A DNA stretch of 64,000 bases from Takakia lepidozioides (Eukaryota > Plantae > Bryophyta), in the NCBI GenBank assembly GCA_030704615.1, contig CM060733.1, forward strand, positions 35,402,001 to 35,466,000, read 5' to 3'. This document shows, in pieces, positions 1 to 10,900 of this stretch. Position numbers and translations under genes: made by a program. The stretch's first letter is position 1. The number at the start of each line of letters is the position of its first letter. The notes beneath the pieces were generated by a model. It searched no databases, had not been told where the DNA came from, and was given only the letters and a program-made list of their open reading frames with translations.

Positions 1-18
1 TCCAGATGTTCAACATGC

Positions 19-328
19 TGAGGTCTTCTGTAATGTCTCTTGCTTCGTAATGAGGTACTTCTCCAACTCTTATTTTCCCAACGTTGACATTCTCCATCTA
101 GAACATATCCACACATGCGTATATAAATACTTAAAAAACCAAATGACCATCAAAACTGGAAGTTGCGGACGAGGCTTATAAAAATGGAGACGGTCATTTG
201 CCTATTTAAGGATTTCTGCTCACATATGTGTATGTGTTCCAGGTGGAGAACATCAACATATTGGATAAAGTGGACATGGAGAAGCACCCCATTACGAAGC
301 ATGAGACACTACAAAAAGAGCTTCAAAG
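19..328. repeat. Degenerate fold-back inverted duplication (arms ~19-150 and ~188-328)
   Basis: The reverse complement of 19-105 (ttctagatggagaatgtcaac...gagaagtacctcattacgaagcaagagacattacagaagacctcag) aligns to 237-328 (ttccaggtggagaacatcaac...gagaagcaccccattacgaagcatgagacactacaaaaagagcttca). Confidence 0.6.
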
Positions 329-335
329 GGCATAC

Positions 336-760
336 CATGTAACAGGTCCCAGTATAATCAAAGACGAAACCCCATTCATTCAATGGGCGATTGAATGGTT
401 GCCCATCCAAATGATTTTCGTTTGCTTTCAATCTTTGCCACTCTGTTCAACATACCATGTATCAGGTCCCGGACTAATATGAGATCAATCGAAATTCATT
501 CGATGGCTCAACGGATGGTTGGCCATCGAAATGATTTTAGTTCAGTTTGAGACTTGGCCACTATGTTCAATGTGCCATATAAGAGGCCCCAGAGTAATAT
601 GAGATCAATCGAAATTCATTCAATAGGCCAACGGATGGTTGCCCATCCAAATAATTTTCGTTCGCTTTGAGACTTGGCCAGTGTGTTCAATGTACCCTCT
701 GATACGTCCCAGTGTAATATGAGATCAATTGAAATTTGTTCAATAAGCCAATGAGGTGTT
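336..760. repeat. Tandem repeat, ~120-bp unit, ~3.5 copies
   Basis: taatatgagatcaat...aaattcattc...ggatggttgcccatccaaat..ttttcg recurs at 120-bp spacing (e.g. 481, 601, 721). Confidence 0.85.
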
Positions 761-2589
761 CACTTGTCATCTGTTTTTTGTTCAATGCGAAGAAAAAAAA
801 ATCCTGCAATGCGTGCATGGCTATTGCACCCATTGAACGGATGTGGTTGAAGCCCCTCTTTTTCCCCCATGTGCTTGAACATGTACGGAGACACATTAGA
901 CGAATAAATCATTTGCCTCCTCATCGACGCGCCCACCCCTCAAACCATTCCAGAATTTAAATTCATTTTAAGCCAATAAATAGGTTTGCACTGCCTTTCA
1001 TTGGGGATTTCTGGCACGTATCGATTTTGTTTTTGGCTCAATTTTGTTCTGCGGCTTCAAGCATCCCACCGCTACTCCCCCGCCAAAATTTGGACCAATA
1101 AAAAATGCCCCAAAAAAAAGTGTTCTCTTTGCTTACTATTGCAGAACTCTCTATGAAGAGTGCATGAAATAAAACACAAATCAAGTTTGGAGTGCAAAGC
1201 AGGGAAGAAACTGTGGTTTTCGGTCCAAATATATTATGTTTGCTCCCAAATTTGGCACGCACGTTGCATATGGAGTCATTACATGCCCCATTCAAAATGG
1301 AATGAATTTTTTTTTTGTGAGCACGCGAAACACAATCCAACAGGTCCCAGAGTAATAGCAAATCCAACGGAATATATTAAATGGGTGAATGGAAGTACGC
1401 CCAAGCAGCCCATCAATGCAAGGATCCTCGAGCCACTACCTCCTGGGAGCTTGGCACATACCGGTCCCTCGCCCTTGGCCTTCTTTTTATGCTGAAGAAA
1501 CCCGCACGGTGCTCCAGGCGTTTGCTAGTCCATACGTATAAGGGATGTTTCTCATGATCACACTTTGTCTTATCTCGCCCGCTAACACACTCGTCATGCA
1601 TCACAAAGAAGCGTTTGCTACATCTGCCCACCATGTTCTCGATGGTGCAAGCAACAACACAGTACTTAGATGGCCCGGCCAGCCCGAGCTCTACAGTGTT
1701 GATGGAGGCCCGTGGATAAATGAGTATGAGAAGTTCTATGTTGGGGATTGCCTGACTGCTGCTCTGCACAGGGGCATGTGCGATGACTCTGGCACCCAAA
1801 TCTGCACATCTAATCCCTATTTTGTGAGGGCCCAATTATGGACCAGGCACACCAAGAGGCCCCATGGCAAACATGATTTTCTTCTTTCAGGTTTGAGAGT
1901 GATGCTTGGAGCAAAACCTGAGCTGACAATACCCGTTGTAGGGAGTAGCCAGCCAGTGCCCAAAAACAGCTTCAGTACGAGTACGACAACATTCGAGAGG
2001 CCGGTGCAGTGATGGACAGGCTGGAGGCTTCGGCAACCTATCATTAAATGCTACACAAAAACTTGGCTCAGTCCCGCAAGCGTCAGCTTTATAGGAAGCG
2101 CCATCAACATCATTTTGAAACTACTTTTGGGGAGCATGGCGATATTGAAGCAAATATTGAATCTTATATTGCTAGATTCTCTACCCCACCAGATTCTTAC
2201 ACCCTTCCCTATCTTTTCTATAATGTCACCCACTACAATCCTCTGAACACCATTAGAAAGCAGCCCTTCTCTCACATGTATCTCTCCTTCCACGAAGCAT
2301 ACCCTGGTATCATTCCAAGAGTGTCGGATTGCAACGTTATGATGCAGCGGCAGCACCCTTGCCGACAGTCTCTCACCATCAGGGCCAGCCATGGCCAAGT
2401 CACCAACATTACATCATCTAGTGGCAACTTTATTGCTGCTCAGGCCAACCTCATCATGGCATGGAATATGTTTGCAGCATGGCAATGGCCACACGACAAC
2501 CACTACAACCCGGGAGATCTCACTCTTCCCCAGCCTCTCCTCACCCCGGAGTACAAGACTAGCAATACATACTCTAGATGGCATTTCAT

Positions 2590-2785
2590 TCTGCACACTG
2601 CCCTGGCAGATCTGGAAAAGGGTAAAGAGGTCCATGGCGACAGCTTCAGAGGTGGAATTGTATTAACTGTCATTCTGAACAATACCATGGCGGACATGAA
2701 TGCAAAATGTGGGTACATCGAGGATGCAAAGGGAGTGTTTGACACTATGGCCAAGAGGCCAAAGCAAATAAATGAAACTAGATGA
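2590..2785 (+). pseudogene. PLS-class PPR gene fragment
   Basis: LEKGKEVHG...TVILNNTMADMNAKCGYIEDAKGVFDTM resembles the plant PPR consensus (LVDMYAKCGxxEDAxxVFDxM); it is an isolated fragment. Confidence 0.7.
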
Positions 2786-3419
2786 AGAACAAGAGGAGCC
2801 TGCTCTTCTTTTATTGTGTTTTTGGGGCATCTTAAACTAGTGAATGATAGTTTTAAACTATTATTTCCTACATGAGTCTATAATTTAATGATAGAACACC
2901 ATAAAATGCCGCACCATAACCATGGATGGAAAACCTTGGTGTTAATGATAAATCTGGTTTTCATCCATCCAATGGATGATTGGTTGGCGCTAGGTTGTCT
3001 TCTCATCCATCCAGCTTGCAAGTCAAATTTCCAATTTTCATCCATTGGATGAACTAGAATTCCATTTAATTGCCTTTCACAATTGCCTCTGGCTTGATAA
3101 TTTGATGTCGTTTTTTATCACCTCCAAAAATCTCCAAACTTGGTGAAAAAATAGAATTAGATGCCCCATAGCTGCACATAAAATCTCAAGGGAATCGGGG
3201 AAGAAAAGCCATACCTTTGGTTGGTATCCATGGTTTTGCCATATAGGCAGTCTGCCGCTTCCTGGCAGTAAAAATACTGGTGGTGCCCCCAGGGGGTCTT
3301 TGGCCCTACCACTGGGTCACAGATCATCTAGAGTTCCCTCCTACACACTTTGCATTGCTGAGGAGTTCAAAACTTCACCAGGAAGCTCATTCACCCGTCG
3401 TTTGCTACGATATAGCACT

Positions 3420-4475
3420 TGCTTTGTCACGATATTTCATCATTGTACAGATTGTTTCCTCCAATTGCCAAGACTCCTCGCCGCGTGCTCCTACTGGACT
3501 TGAAAGGCGGGAGAATAGAGAGATCGCAATCCGAGACTGGAACAGTCGTCATGTAATGTTTCGATCAGGTGCATGTTGTCGTTACTGGTACCGAATTGGC
3601 AGCCTAACTCGCTGTCAATGCAACTCCCTGTAGTCATTTTGACGCCAGAGCTCCTCCATGGTCGTCTCAAACATAATCTACATTCCTCCGCGCTTTACCA
3701 GCAATTCCCAGATAACTCGCAAACCGCCCTGCTTTGGCAGTACAATGCGTAAACTGTCTGCCTTAAGATTAAAAACAATCTGAAAATAAATTTGTACCAA
3801 TATATGCATCTACAACAGGTAGTAGGCATATAAAGCAGCAGATTGCATTTGAAGTGAGGGGGTGAGCAGATGGTAGTCAAGAGAAAACAAGAACTATTCT
3901 GAGATGATACACATTCTCACCATCTCACGTTCACTCTACACAGAGATACTTCGAATAGCATGGCTTTACTTCAGAGCTCGTCACATCATCACAGAAGTAC
4001 ACAGAATCACTCTGAGTCCCTCTAAATACACATTGATCACTGATACTCCTACCGCACACCTTCTGAGTTGCGTGCAGTCTTTTTATACTATGCTCGAACG
4101 AGCCGTTACAGCCTGCGGTCGTTAATGACCGTTTGCCTAACTGCCTACGCAACCTAAAAGGTTTTCTAAAAAGTGGCTCGTTGTAGTGGTCAAGAGCCAT
4201 AGTGGTAAACGGTCCACTACTCCCTCTATTGGTTAAAGCCGATGCTATCGTGACCGTGTGATATCGTGGTTCACGGCTCACGGTTACTACACTACCCCTT
4301 ACTGCTTTCGTGGTTATGTACCTTTGTCCCGCCATTGGCTAAGTACCGTGTACTTAGCCGTCTCTGCCTGTGGCTCAGGTAGTGTACGTCCATCACTACC
4401 CAGTATGTCCCGTTGCGACCCTCGTTGTCTGTCCCTCGTAGCATAGCCGTTATCATTTATTCCCCCTCCTCTTTT
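3420..4475 (-). mobile_element. Possible polypurine tract and 3' LTR of a minus-strand LTR retroelement
   Basis: On the minus strand, AAAAGAGGAGGGGGAA (4475-4460) is followed by TGATAAC... at 4455, just downstream of the split ORF's stop. A TATA-like TATAAAA occurs near 4085. The left boundary is uncertain. Confidence 0.35.
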
Positions 4476-4498
4476 GAAATTGTGTCCGCACAATTTCG

Positions 4499-4773
4499 TC
4501 AATTCCTGTACTTGTTGTATCTCTTGGGGATGTAAGGTGGTGGCATGCCTGTCTGCGAGGTAGGAAGTGCGTCCCAGGATTGTCGTGGTGGCAGCTTCTT
4601 GTTCCTGTTATCGTCACTGTCTGGTTGTTCCTTTGGTTCGTGAGTAGGCCAGCTTTCTTTATCAGGGTGTTCTGCTATCCCGTCCCCACGTACCATATCG
4701 ATTTTGTTGGTCAAGTTTTCGCGGTAGGTTTGCAGCTCCTCCTTGGTCCAGGGTATAATGTGTTTTGTTGCCC
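4499..4773 (-). pseudogene. 3' part of an ORF interrupted by the 16.5-kb MULE (joins 21285-22347)
   Basis: Removing the element and one TSD gives in-frame ...AVNWLMGSRAT-KHIIPWTKEELQTYRENLTNKIDMVRGDG...KYRN*. Confidence 0.85.
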
Positions 4774-4860
4774 GGGGGCTGCTATTTCATGAGCCATGAG
4801 CCATGAGCGGCATGAGCCATGAGCAGAGTCGTAAGTGTGGAAAAAAACATGAGCAGCACT
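4774..4860 (+). repeat. Left TIR of family A with tandem CATGAGC heptamers
   Basis: tttcatgagccatgagccatgagcggcatgagccatgagcag...aacatgagcag. Confidence 0.9.
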
Positions 4861-5236
4861 ATTTTCCGGAAATGAGTGTCCGCGGGAATAGGGTTTAGGG
4901 TGCCACGGTCATAGGGGGAGAAGGACCTCCCGATGAAGGAGGTTCGGCAATGTTATTTAGAATTATATATTGAAAGGCAATGTTTCGCGAATGGTAGGGT
5001 GGTACTGCTCTGTACAATGGGGGCCCATTTCAGCCTACCAGCCACTTGCAAAATCCACCCACACTCCCAATCCCAAACGAAATGAGCAATGACGCATTCT
5101 TGGAACGATGGACACAGAATAGAATAAAAAGAGGGCACAATGAGGTTTTTATTGATCCACATGAATTGCATTTGAAGCACGTCTACTGTGCTGATTGTGC
5201 CATCAAATCTTTAGCCCTGTGCCTACTGAATACAAG

Positions 5237-5800
5237 TCACGTTGTCAATGGGACTTCGACTGCTCTCAGAACTAGCTCATGAGTCATGGGGCTCCTCCAT
5301 GTAAAGTCGATTGCAGCCGTTGTACCGCCCCTAGTGATGTTCACCACAATGTCCTGCCCTTCAATCATACCACCATCGAATATGGAAATCTTCACGTTTT
5401 CGTCGTCCACACCAATGCGAATGTCCCCATACAATGGAGAAGAGGAGCGCACTCCTTGAGGAGAATAGGTCTCTCCGATGGAGTCCACCCACGTCCAGTG
5501 GCAACAGTTCCACCGCAACAGCATAGCAGTGCGCCTTCTTCTGCATGGGTGACCGTCGTAGCTGGGAAAATCGGAATCGAGGATGCGCAGGAGCCGCGGA
5601 CTCCTCAGACCAAGATCATCACCCCGCTCGAAGGCGTAGTGGCCTACGATATACTCAAAAGCCACCAATGTTTCCACAATCGAACCAGTATCTTCTGTGT
5701 AATCTGTGTACCAGATAACAATGTCTCCCGATGTGGCCGAATACATTGCATAATCGATGCCTCCAAATGGGCAGTCGTCCCGGTTCCGGAAGCACGACAT
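5237..5800 (-). CDS. Orphan protein A1 (~187 aa), paralogue of 6331-6936
   Basis: The intact ORF MSCFRNRDDCPF...DYAMY...SGDIVIW...RWNCCHWT...YGDIRI...DGGMIEGQDIVV...ELVLRAVEV aligns along its full length with the plus-strand ORF. Confidence 0.75.
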   Translation of the reverse strand: MSCFRNRDDCPFGGIDYAMYSATSGDIVIWYTDYTEDTGSIVETLVAFEYIVGHYAFERGDDLGLRSPRLLRILDSDFPSYDGHPCRRRRTAMLLRWNCCHWTWVDSIGETYSPQGVRSSSPLYGDIRIGVDDENVKISIFDGGMIEGQDIVVNITRGGTTAAIDFTWRSPMTHELVLRAVEVPLTT

Positions 5801-6010
5801 CCTTGCAAAGGAGGACCTGAGGACGACTTGGATGCAGATGACAATGACCTTGCGGACAGCTACGAAGCCCTTAGATTTTGGAAATGATGCGAAGCGGAAG
5901 AGCAGTCCGGCCTCCAATAATGGAGCATCTGGGTCCCACGTACCCACCGACGGAGGTGGATGAACCCATACATCTTTCTCATCAAGAAGTTATAGTTTGA
6001 GATCTGCCAC

Positions 6011-6074
6011 CGAAGTCCATCCCCCCGGATGGAAATTCGGCGCCGCATTTACATCGAAGAGGGGATGGACTTCG
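6011..6074. promoter_or_regulatory. Long inverted repeat centred on a family-A palindrome variant, between the divergent paralogues
   Basis: CGAAGTCCATCCCC (6011) and GGGGATGGACTTCG (6061-6074) enclose GGAAATTCGGCGCCGCATTTAC. A regulatory role is inferred. Confidence 0.5.
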
Positions 6075-6330
6075 TCGTGTCCAGTGGCTATCGGCCCACC
6101 TGGCAGTGAGTGCCCATAGTTTGCATGGCAGGGTAGGAAACTGAAACGGCTACATTCATGAAGCAGCCAATCTTCATCGGTCCAGGATCCTGTAGGGGGG
6201 AATTTAAATGTGCCCTGGAGTGTTTGTGAGGAATTGCAGCGTTAGCTTGAACTTTTTCCAGCCACCGCGCTGCTCCTCCTCCATCCGGGAGCTGCTGTCA
6301 TTGAGCGTACTCCGCTACTCTTTTTCAAGG

Positions 6331-6936
6331 ATGTCGTGCCGCCGAAATCCAGCCGACTGCCCTTATCATGGCCACGATTATGCTATGTTCAAACCAGAAT
6401 CAGGAGACATCATTGTCTGGCTCTCTGTTTTCACAGACGCTGCTGGAATCAAGCAAGAGTCTTTGCGCGCAATGGAGTATCTGGAGGGCTATTACCGCTT
6501 TGAGCGAGGTGAGGGCGAGGGTCAATGCGGTCCGTGGGTCCTGAAAATTGTTGACCTCGATATACCAAGCTGGAAAGGGATGCCGGATAGATCAGGCACG
6601 GCCTCGCTTTGGCGCTGGAACTGCTGCCAGTGGACCAGGGAGGACGGCACCGGGGAAAACTATATACGTGCAGATCACTCCGCTCTTCCAGTGTATGGAG
6701 ACATTCGGCTGAGTTGCAAAGACGAATCGCACGGGCACATGAGGCCCACAGTGACCTTGTCAATGTATGATGGTGGTATCATTGATGGACATGACATTGT
6801 CGTCGGCTCCAGCAAGGGCAGCAGAACGACCGAATTGCAGTTTACCTCGAGGTGCCGCAGCAGTGATGAGCTTGTTTTGAGGGGTATCGAAGTTCGTCGA
6901 CTTGGTGAAGCCCATGTAGAAGGAGGAAGGGCTTAG
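6331..6936 (+). CDS. Orphan protein A2 (~201 aa), paralogue of 5237-5800
   Basis: The intact ORF reads MSCRRNPADCPY...DYAMF...SGDIIVW...RWNCCQWT...YGDIRL...DGGIIDGHDIVV...ELVLRGIEV. It has the same start context as A1 (caaggATGTCGTGC). Confidence 0.75.
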   Translation: MSCRRNPADCPYHGHDYAMFKPESGDIIVWLSVFTDAAGIKQESLRAMEYLEGYYRFERGEGEGQCGPWVLKIVDLDIPSWKGMPDRSGTASLWRWNCCQWTREDGTGENYIRADHSALPVYGDIRLSCKDESHGHMRPTVTLSMYDGGIIDGHDIVVGSSKGSRTTELQFTSRCRSSDELVLRGIEVRRLGEAHVEGGRA

Positions 6937-7164
6937 TTTTGTCTGCAGTTGGTAAATGTGAGACATCGTGTCCGATCAATAAACCCATCGTACCTCACTT
7001 CTGTATGATTGTGTTTCATTCTGTTGAATAACTCTCGGAATTGGCCCACTGTTTACAATTTGATGTCTCATTTCTACAATGTGTATGTCCGGATGAATAT
7101 AGCAGAGTAACCGGTATGTGAGTCATGTGTCAAGAATATACCAGAGTAACGCCATGTCGGACAT

Positions 7165-7852
7165 TGAAATGCGGCACCGCATTTCCATGTGGGACAAGGA
7201 AATGCGGTGCATCATTTCCGTCCAGGTACACGAAATACCAACACGGGTCTATAAATTGGACAGACAACGAGGTTGGCATTGCAAATGCGGCGACGCATTT
7301 CCAGCTTGGCAATGGAAACTTCTTTTTGGACAAGGGAATGCGGTGCCGCATTTCCGTCCAACACTTCGAAAAGTGCACATTTCCGACCAGCGCGATGGAA
7401 TGCGTTACCGCATTTCCGTGAGAGGGTCTGCAAATGGACAAATTGCGATGTCCGTTCTGGAAATGCGGCGCCGCATTTCCATGTCCGTCATCGACTTTTT
7501 TTTACAATGGAATGCGGTGCCAATTTTTGCTGATGGGCCTGCAGTTCGAACAACGACCATCCCCAATATGGAAATGCGGCACCGCATTTCCAATTCCGCC
7601 ATCTCGACCTCCTTGTTCGACCTCTGTAAGCGTGGTGGCATCCATGCAATGAGCGGGAGAGGCCAAAACTGGCGTGTGGACAAAGGAAATTTTGGAAATG
7701 CGGCACCGCATTTCCAATCGGCCGATTACTTTTTACTATGCCAACATTGAAATGGAAAATTTAGTCCCTCCCCTGTTTTGGAAATGCGGTGCCGCATTTC
7801 CAAAAGAGGTTCTTAGAGTTGCCAAAATTTGGAAATGCGGTGCCCCATTTCT
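7165..7852. repeat. Cluster of ~11 irregularly spaced GGAAATGCGGYRCCGCATTTCC palindromes
   Basis: Copies lie at ~7165, 7198, 7281, 7334, 7396, 7459, 7509, 7570, 7694, 7780 and 7831, between the converging 3' ends of A2 and the ParB-MTase gene. Confidence 0.9.
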
Positions 7853-7988
7853 GATTTTGGGAGCGTCGTGGTTTGAGCGATTGTGTGGCTGGAATGCACA
7901 CTGGAGAGGGGTCACGAATGTCTGGCAGAATTTCCTTTATATACTCTGGAAGAGAATTTACATTTACAGAGACTTCATTAAAATTCTA

Positions 7989-10900
7989 TTAATCTTGAAA
8001 ATCATCCGAATCCTCATCCTGTTCTAGACTGTCCTGCTCCGCCTCCACCCCCTCAGTGCCTTTCTCATCTCCAGCGGACTGCTCGTTGGCCAGGCTTTCG
8101 AAAATCCCATCTTCCCCTTGCGGAACTGTCCATCTCACCTCCGTTGGGTCGTCTTCCTCCCTGTCTGCGTCGCTCTCATCCGCTGAATCACATATGTACT
8201 TTCGTACCCGTCTACCTGTCTGAGCTGCTGCCAACTCTTTCCTTATCCTTCTGTCCTCCCTAGCCCTCTCCAAAATCTGCTCTACTTTACTGGGATTCTC
8301 ACTTCTTCTAATCGCTGTATTTGCGAGTTTAGCTGCATAACTAGGAAGGGAGTAGTCCCTCACCGGGCTCGTCATGAAGTCGGCCCTCGCAAAGAACGGG
8401 ACATTCTTCCTGGCAGGAAGTGTAGGCCCTACATGTTTCGACCCGGACCCTGCAATCCTGCACATGACAATCATCAACGAGACTAATGAGAACCACAGTC
8501 GGGAAATTCGTTTGACATAAATGACCCAGAAGGCTTTGCAAACTTACAATGTTTGCACTCACTCGTATTCCGGGTTCTCCTCCGCATCAATGTCCACTGT
8601 GTCTTCCTCGGACTCCGACGAATCCGAGGAGACTTCCGCTCTGTCGGGAGCCTTAACATTCCGTTGCAGCCCTTCCAGATGGGATCCCCACACGGATGAA
8701 TCCTCCTCGTAGGCAAAGAGGTGCCGGTCGGAAAACCGCCCAGCCCACATTGAGGCACCTGTTACAATGCCATCCACACATTACCACATGGCGCTTCAGA
8801 TGTTGCGAACTACATCCTAACGAGAATTTGCAGAACAGCATAGATCAAGATTCTGCATACCTGTCCCACAGATGAGGTCGAGCACTGTGCCCTCCACGTC
8901 TGTGCATGTCTCCATAATTGTCTGAATGAAGGCAGGGCTCCGAGTCCGTGAGTACCGCAGGGGTTCCGTTGAAGTGAGGCTATGAGGGAGAAGTTCCTTG
9001 GGAACGTTGTTGAACAGAACGTCGTAATCGAGTGGGTCGCAGTTCGGGTCAACCTTTCCTCCCTCCTTCCGGAAAGCAAAGGTGGAGTTCTCCTTCACAA
9101 AGCAGTATGCATCGAACTGCTTCGTCTGCATACACAGGGGAAAACGATTAGAAACCGAATGCGGCACCGCATTTGAAAACACCCAAGCAAATGAATGGAC
9201 GAGTGCCAGTGTCGTAATCACCTTCTTCCCTTCCGACCGAAGGCCCAGTGTGTTGATGCACGTCCACTTCTTTTTCAGAATCGGGACGGCGCTCTTGCGG
9301 GTCCACTTCGCAATTCCTGTCTGAGTGTTTTTTCCTCTGCTCGCCAGGACAACCACACAGCCTCTGTCGTCCAACACCATGCGGGCAAGCCCGAATCCTT
9401 TCTTCCAAAAGTCCTCCGAGTACCTGTTCCAAGATGGCAAAGCTTGCAGTCCTTCCACAGGCTCTCCGTCCGGAATATCCAAGATGATCATATCGCAAGA
9501 CCACTCGGTGGCATTTCCGCCCCTCCTACAATCCTTGTCTGCACACACCCTCTCAAAGAACGAGACCATATTCTGAAATCCTGGGGTGTCGGAAGGCTCT
9601 TCGGCAGTCGCCTTCTTCAGTGCTCTGCCCTTCAGACCCTCCATGGTCTTCATGTATGCCAACTTGGCTGCCCGTCCATCCAAAGCCGCCAAGAAACTCT
9701 CATTTACACACTGGACTACTGTTTCGGGAGCCACTTTCGGCCTCTTCATTTCCACCGGCTCGAAAGGGTGCCCCCCTGGGGGGTTGAAGAGTGCCTTCTT
9801 TGCCGAGCCAGTTCTCGTGCCTCTCGTGACAACGGTGGGCACAGGGGAGGCAGCCTGCGTTTGGGGGGGTGGGCTGGTTGCAAAGTCTCCATCGGAGTCC
9901 TCTTCCTCACCCTCTTCCTGAACAGGCTGTTTCTGCTTCTTCGTTTTGGCGGGTGTCACAACAGCTGCTCCTTGCTGGCGAGTCCTCTTCTTCGACCCCT
10001 TCTGTTGGGCCTGCACAGCTGCATCCACCGTCTTTTGTGCCATCTCAGCTGCCTTTCTGGATTCTTCCAGAGCAGCAGATTCCTTTGCCGACTTTGGCCC
10101 AGCAGGGACACGTCTTTCCTTTCTCTTCTCTTCTGCCAAGGCGTGCAGATCTTTCTCAGACTCGTCAACAATACCGCCAGACATGTCCAGGTACCACGGG
10201 CATCCAACGAGATGCGCGGGATGCCATTGTTTCTGCATCTCGGGTGTGTAGACACAGCTTGGGCCCGCCACGGTCCAAGCCATGAAGAACGGGGGCTCTT
10301 GAGCCAGGGCCCCTGTCTGAAGGAGCACGTATTTCATATACCTGCAAGGCAGTCAGCATGCGTGAGCAAAAGTTGAGACCAACCTACTCGCAGAGTGCCA
10401 CCGAAAACATAAAATGCGAATGCGGTGCCGCATTTCCGAGACAAACCTCGTAACCAGGCTTCGCATACAAGGGCAGCTGTGCTTCACCTGTAAACAATTC
10501 GCATTGCAGCTTTCCCCGCTCCCTCCTGATGTGTAAACTCCACGCTCCTTCTTGCTGTCTGTAGCTCTCTGGCGAAAAGGTTGTCCTTGTACGCACATCT
10601 GAAACGTGTCACGTAGTCTTCCAATGTCTGTGTTCCATCCCATTTGACGTACAAGCCGAACGAATTTGTGTGCATTACGACTTGCTCCTTCGCATTCGAC
10701 ATTACCTGCGATTCCCAAATGCATTGTCACGTAGCAGTTCAGGGAATTCATTTCAGAAAAGCAAATCTGGGGAAGTACCTTGAATTACCTGGAACCACCA
10801 AGTCATACGGTTGAGCCACACATCCACTGCAGGGTCGGAAACTTCGAGTGGAAAAGACCACATTGTCCTTATGCTCTCGGATGCATTCCAGATCGACAGC

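Noticed and set aside
1380-2590. Broken ORFs upstream of the PPR fragment, and similar unassigned ORFs at 59341-61855
   Set aside because: There are no recognisable motifs. They are probably decayed TE or captured fragments and cannot be assigned without a search.
9195-10376. 393-aa plus-strand ORF, and the 225-aa minus ORF at 17988-18665
   Set aside because: They are antisense shadows of real coding exons with no recognisable motifs.
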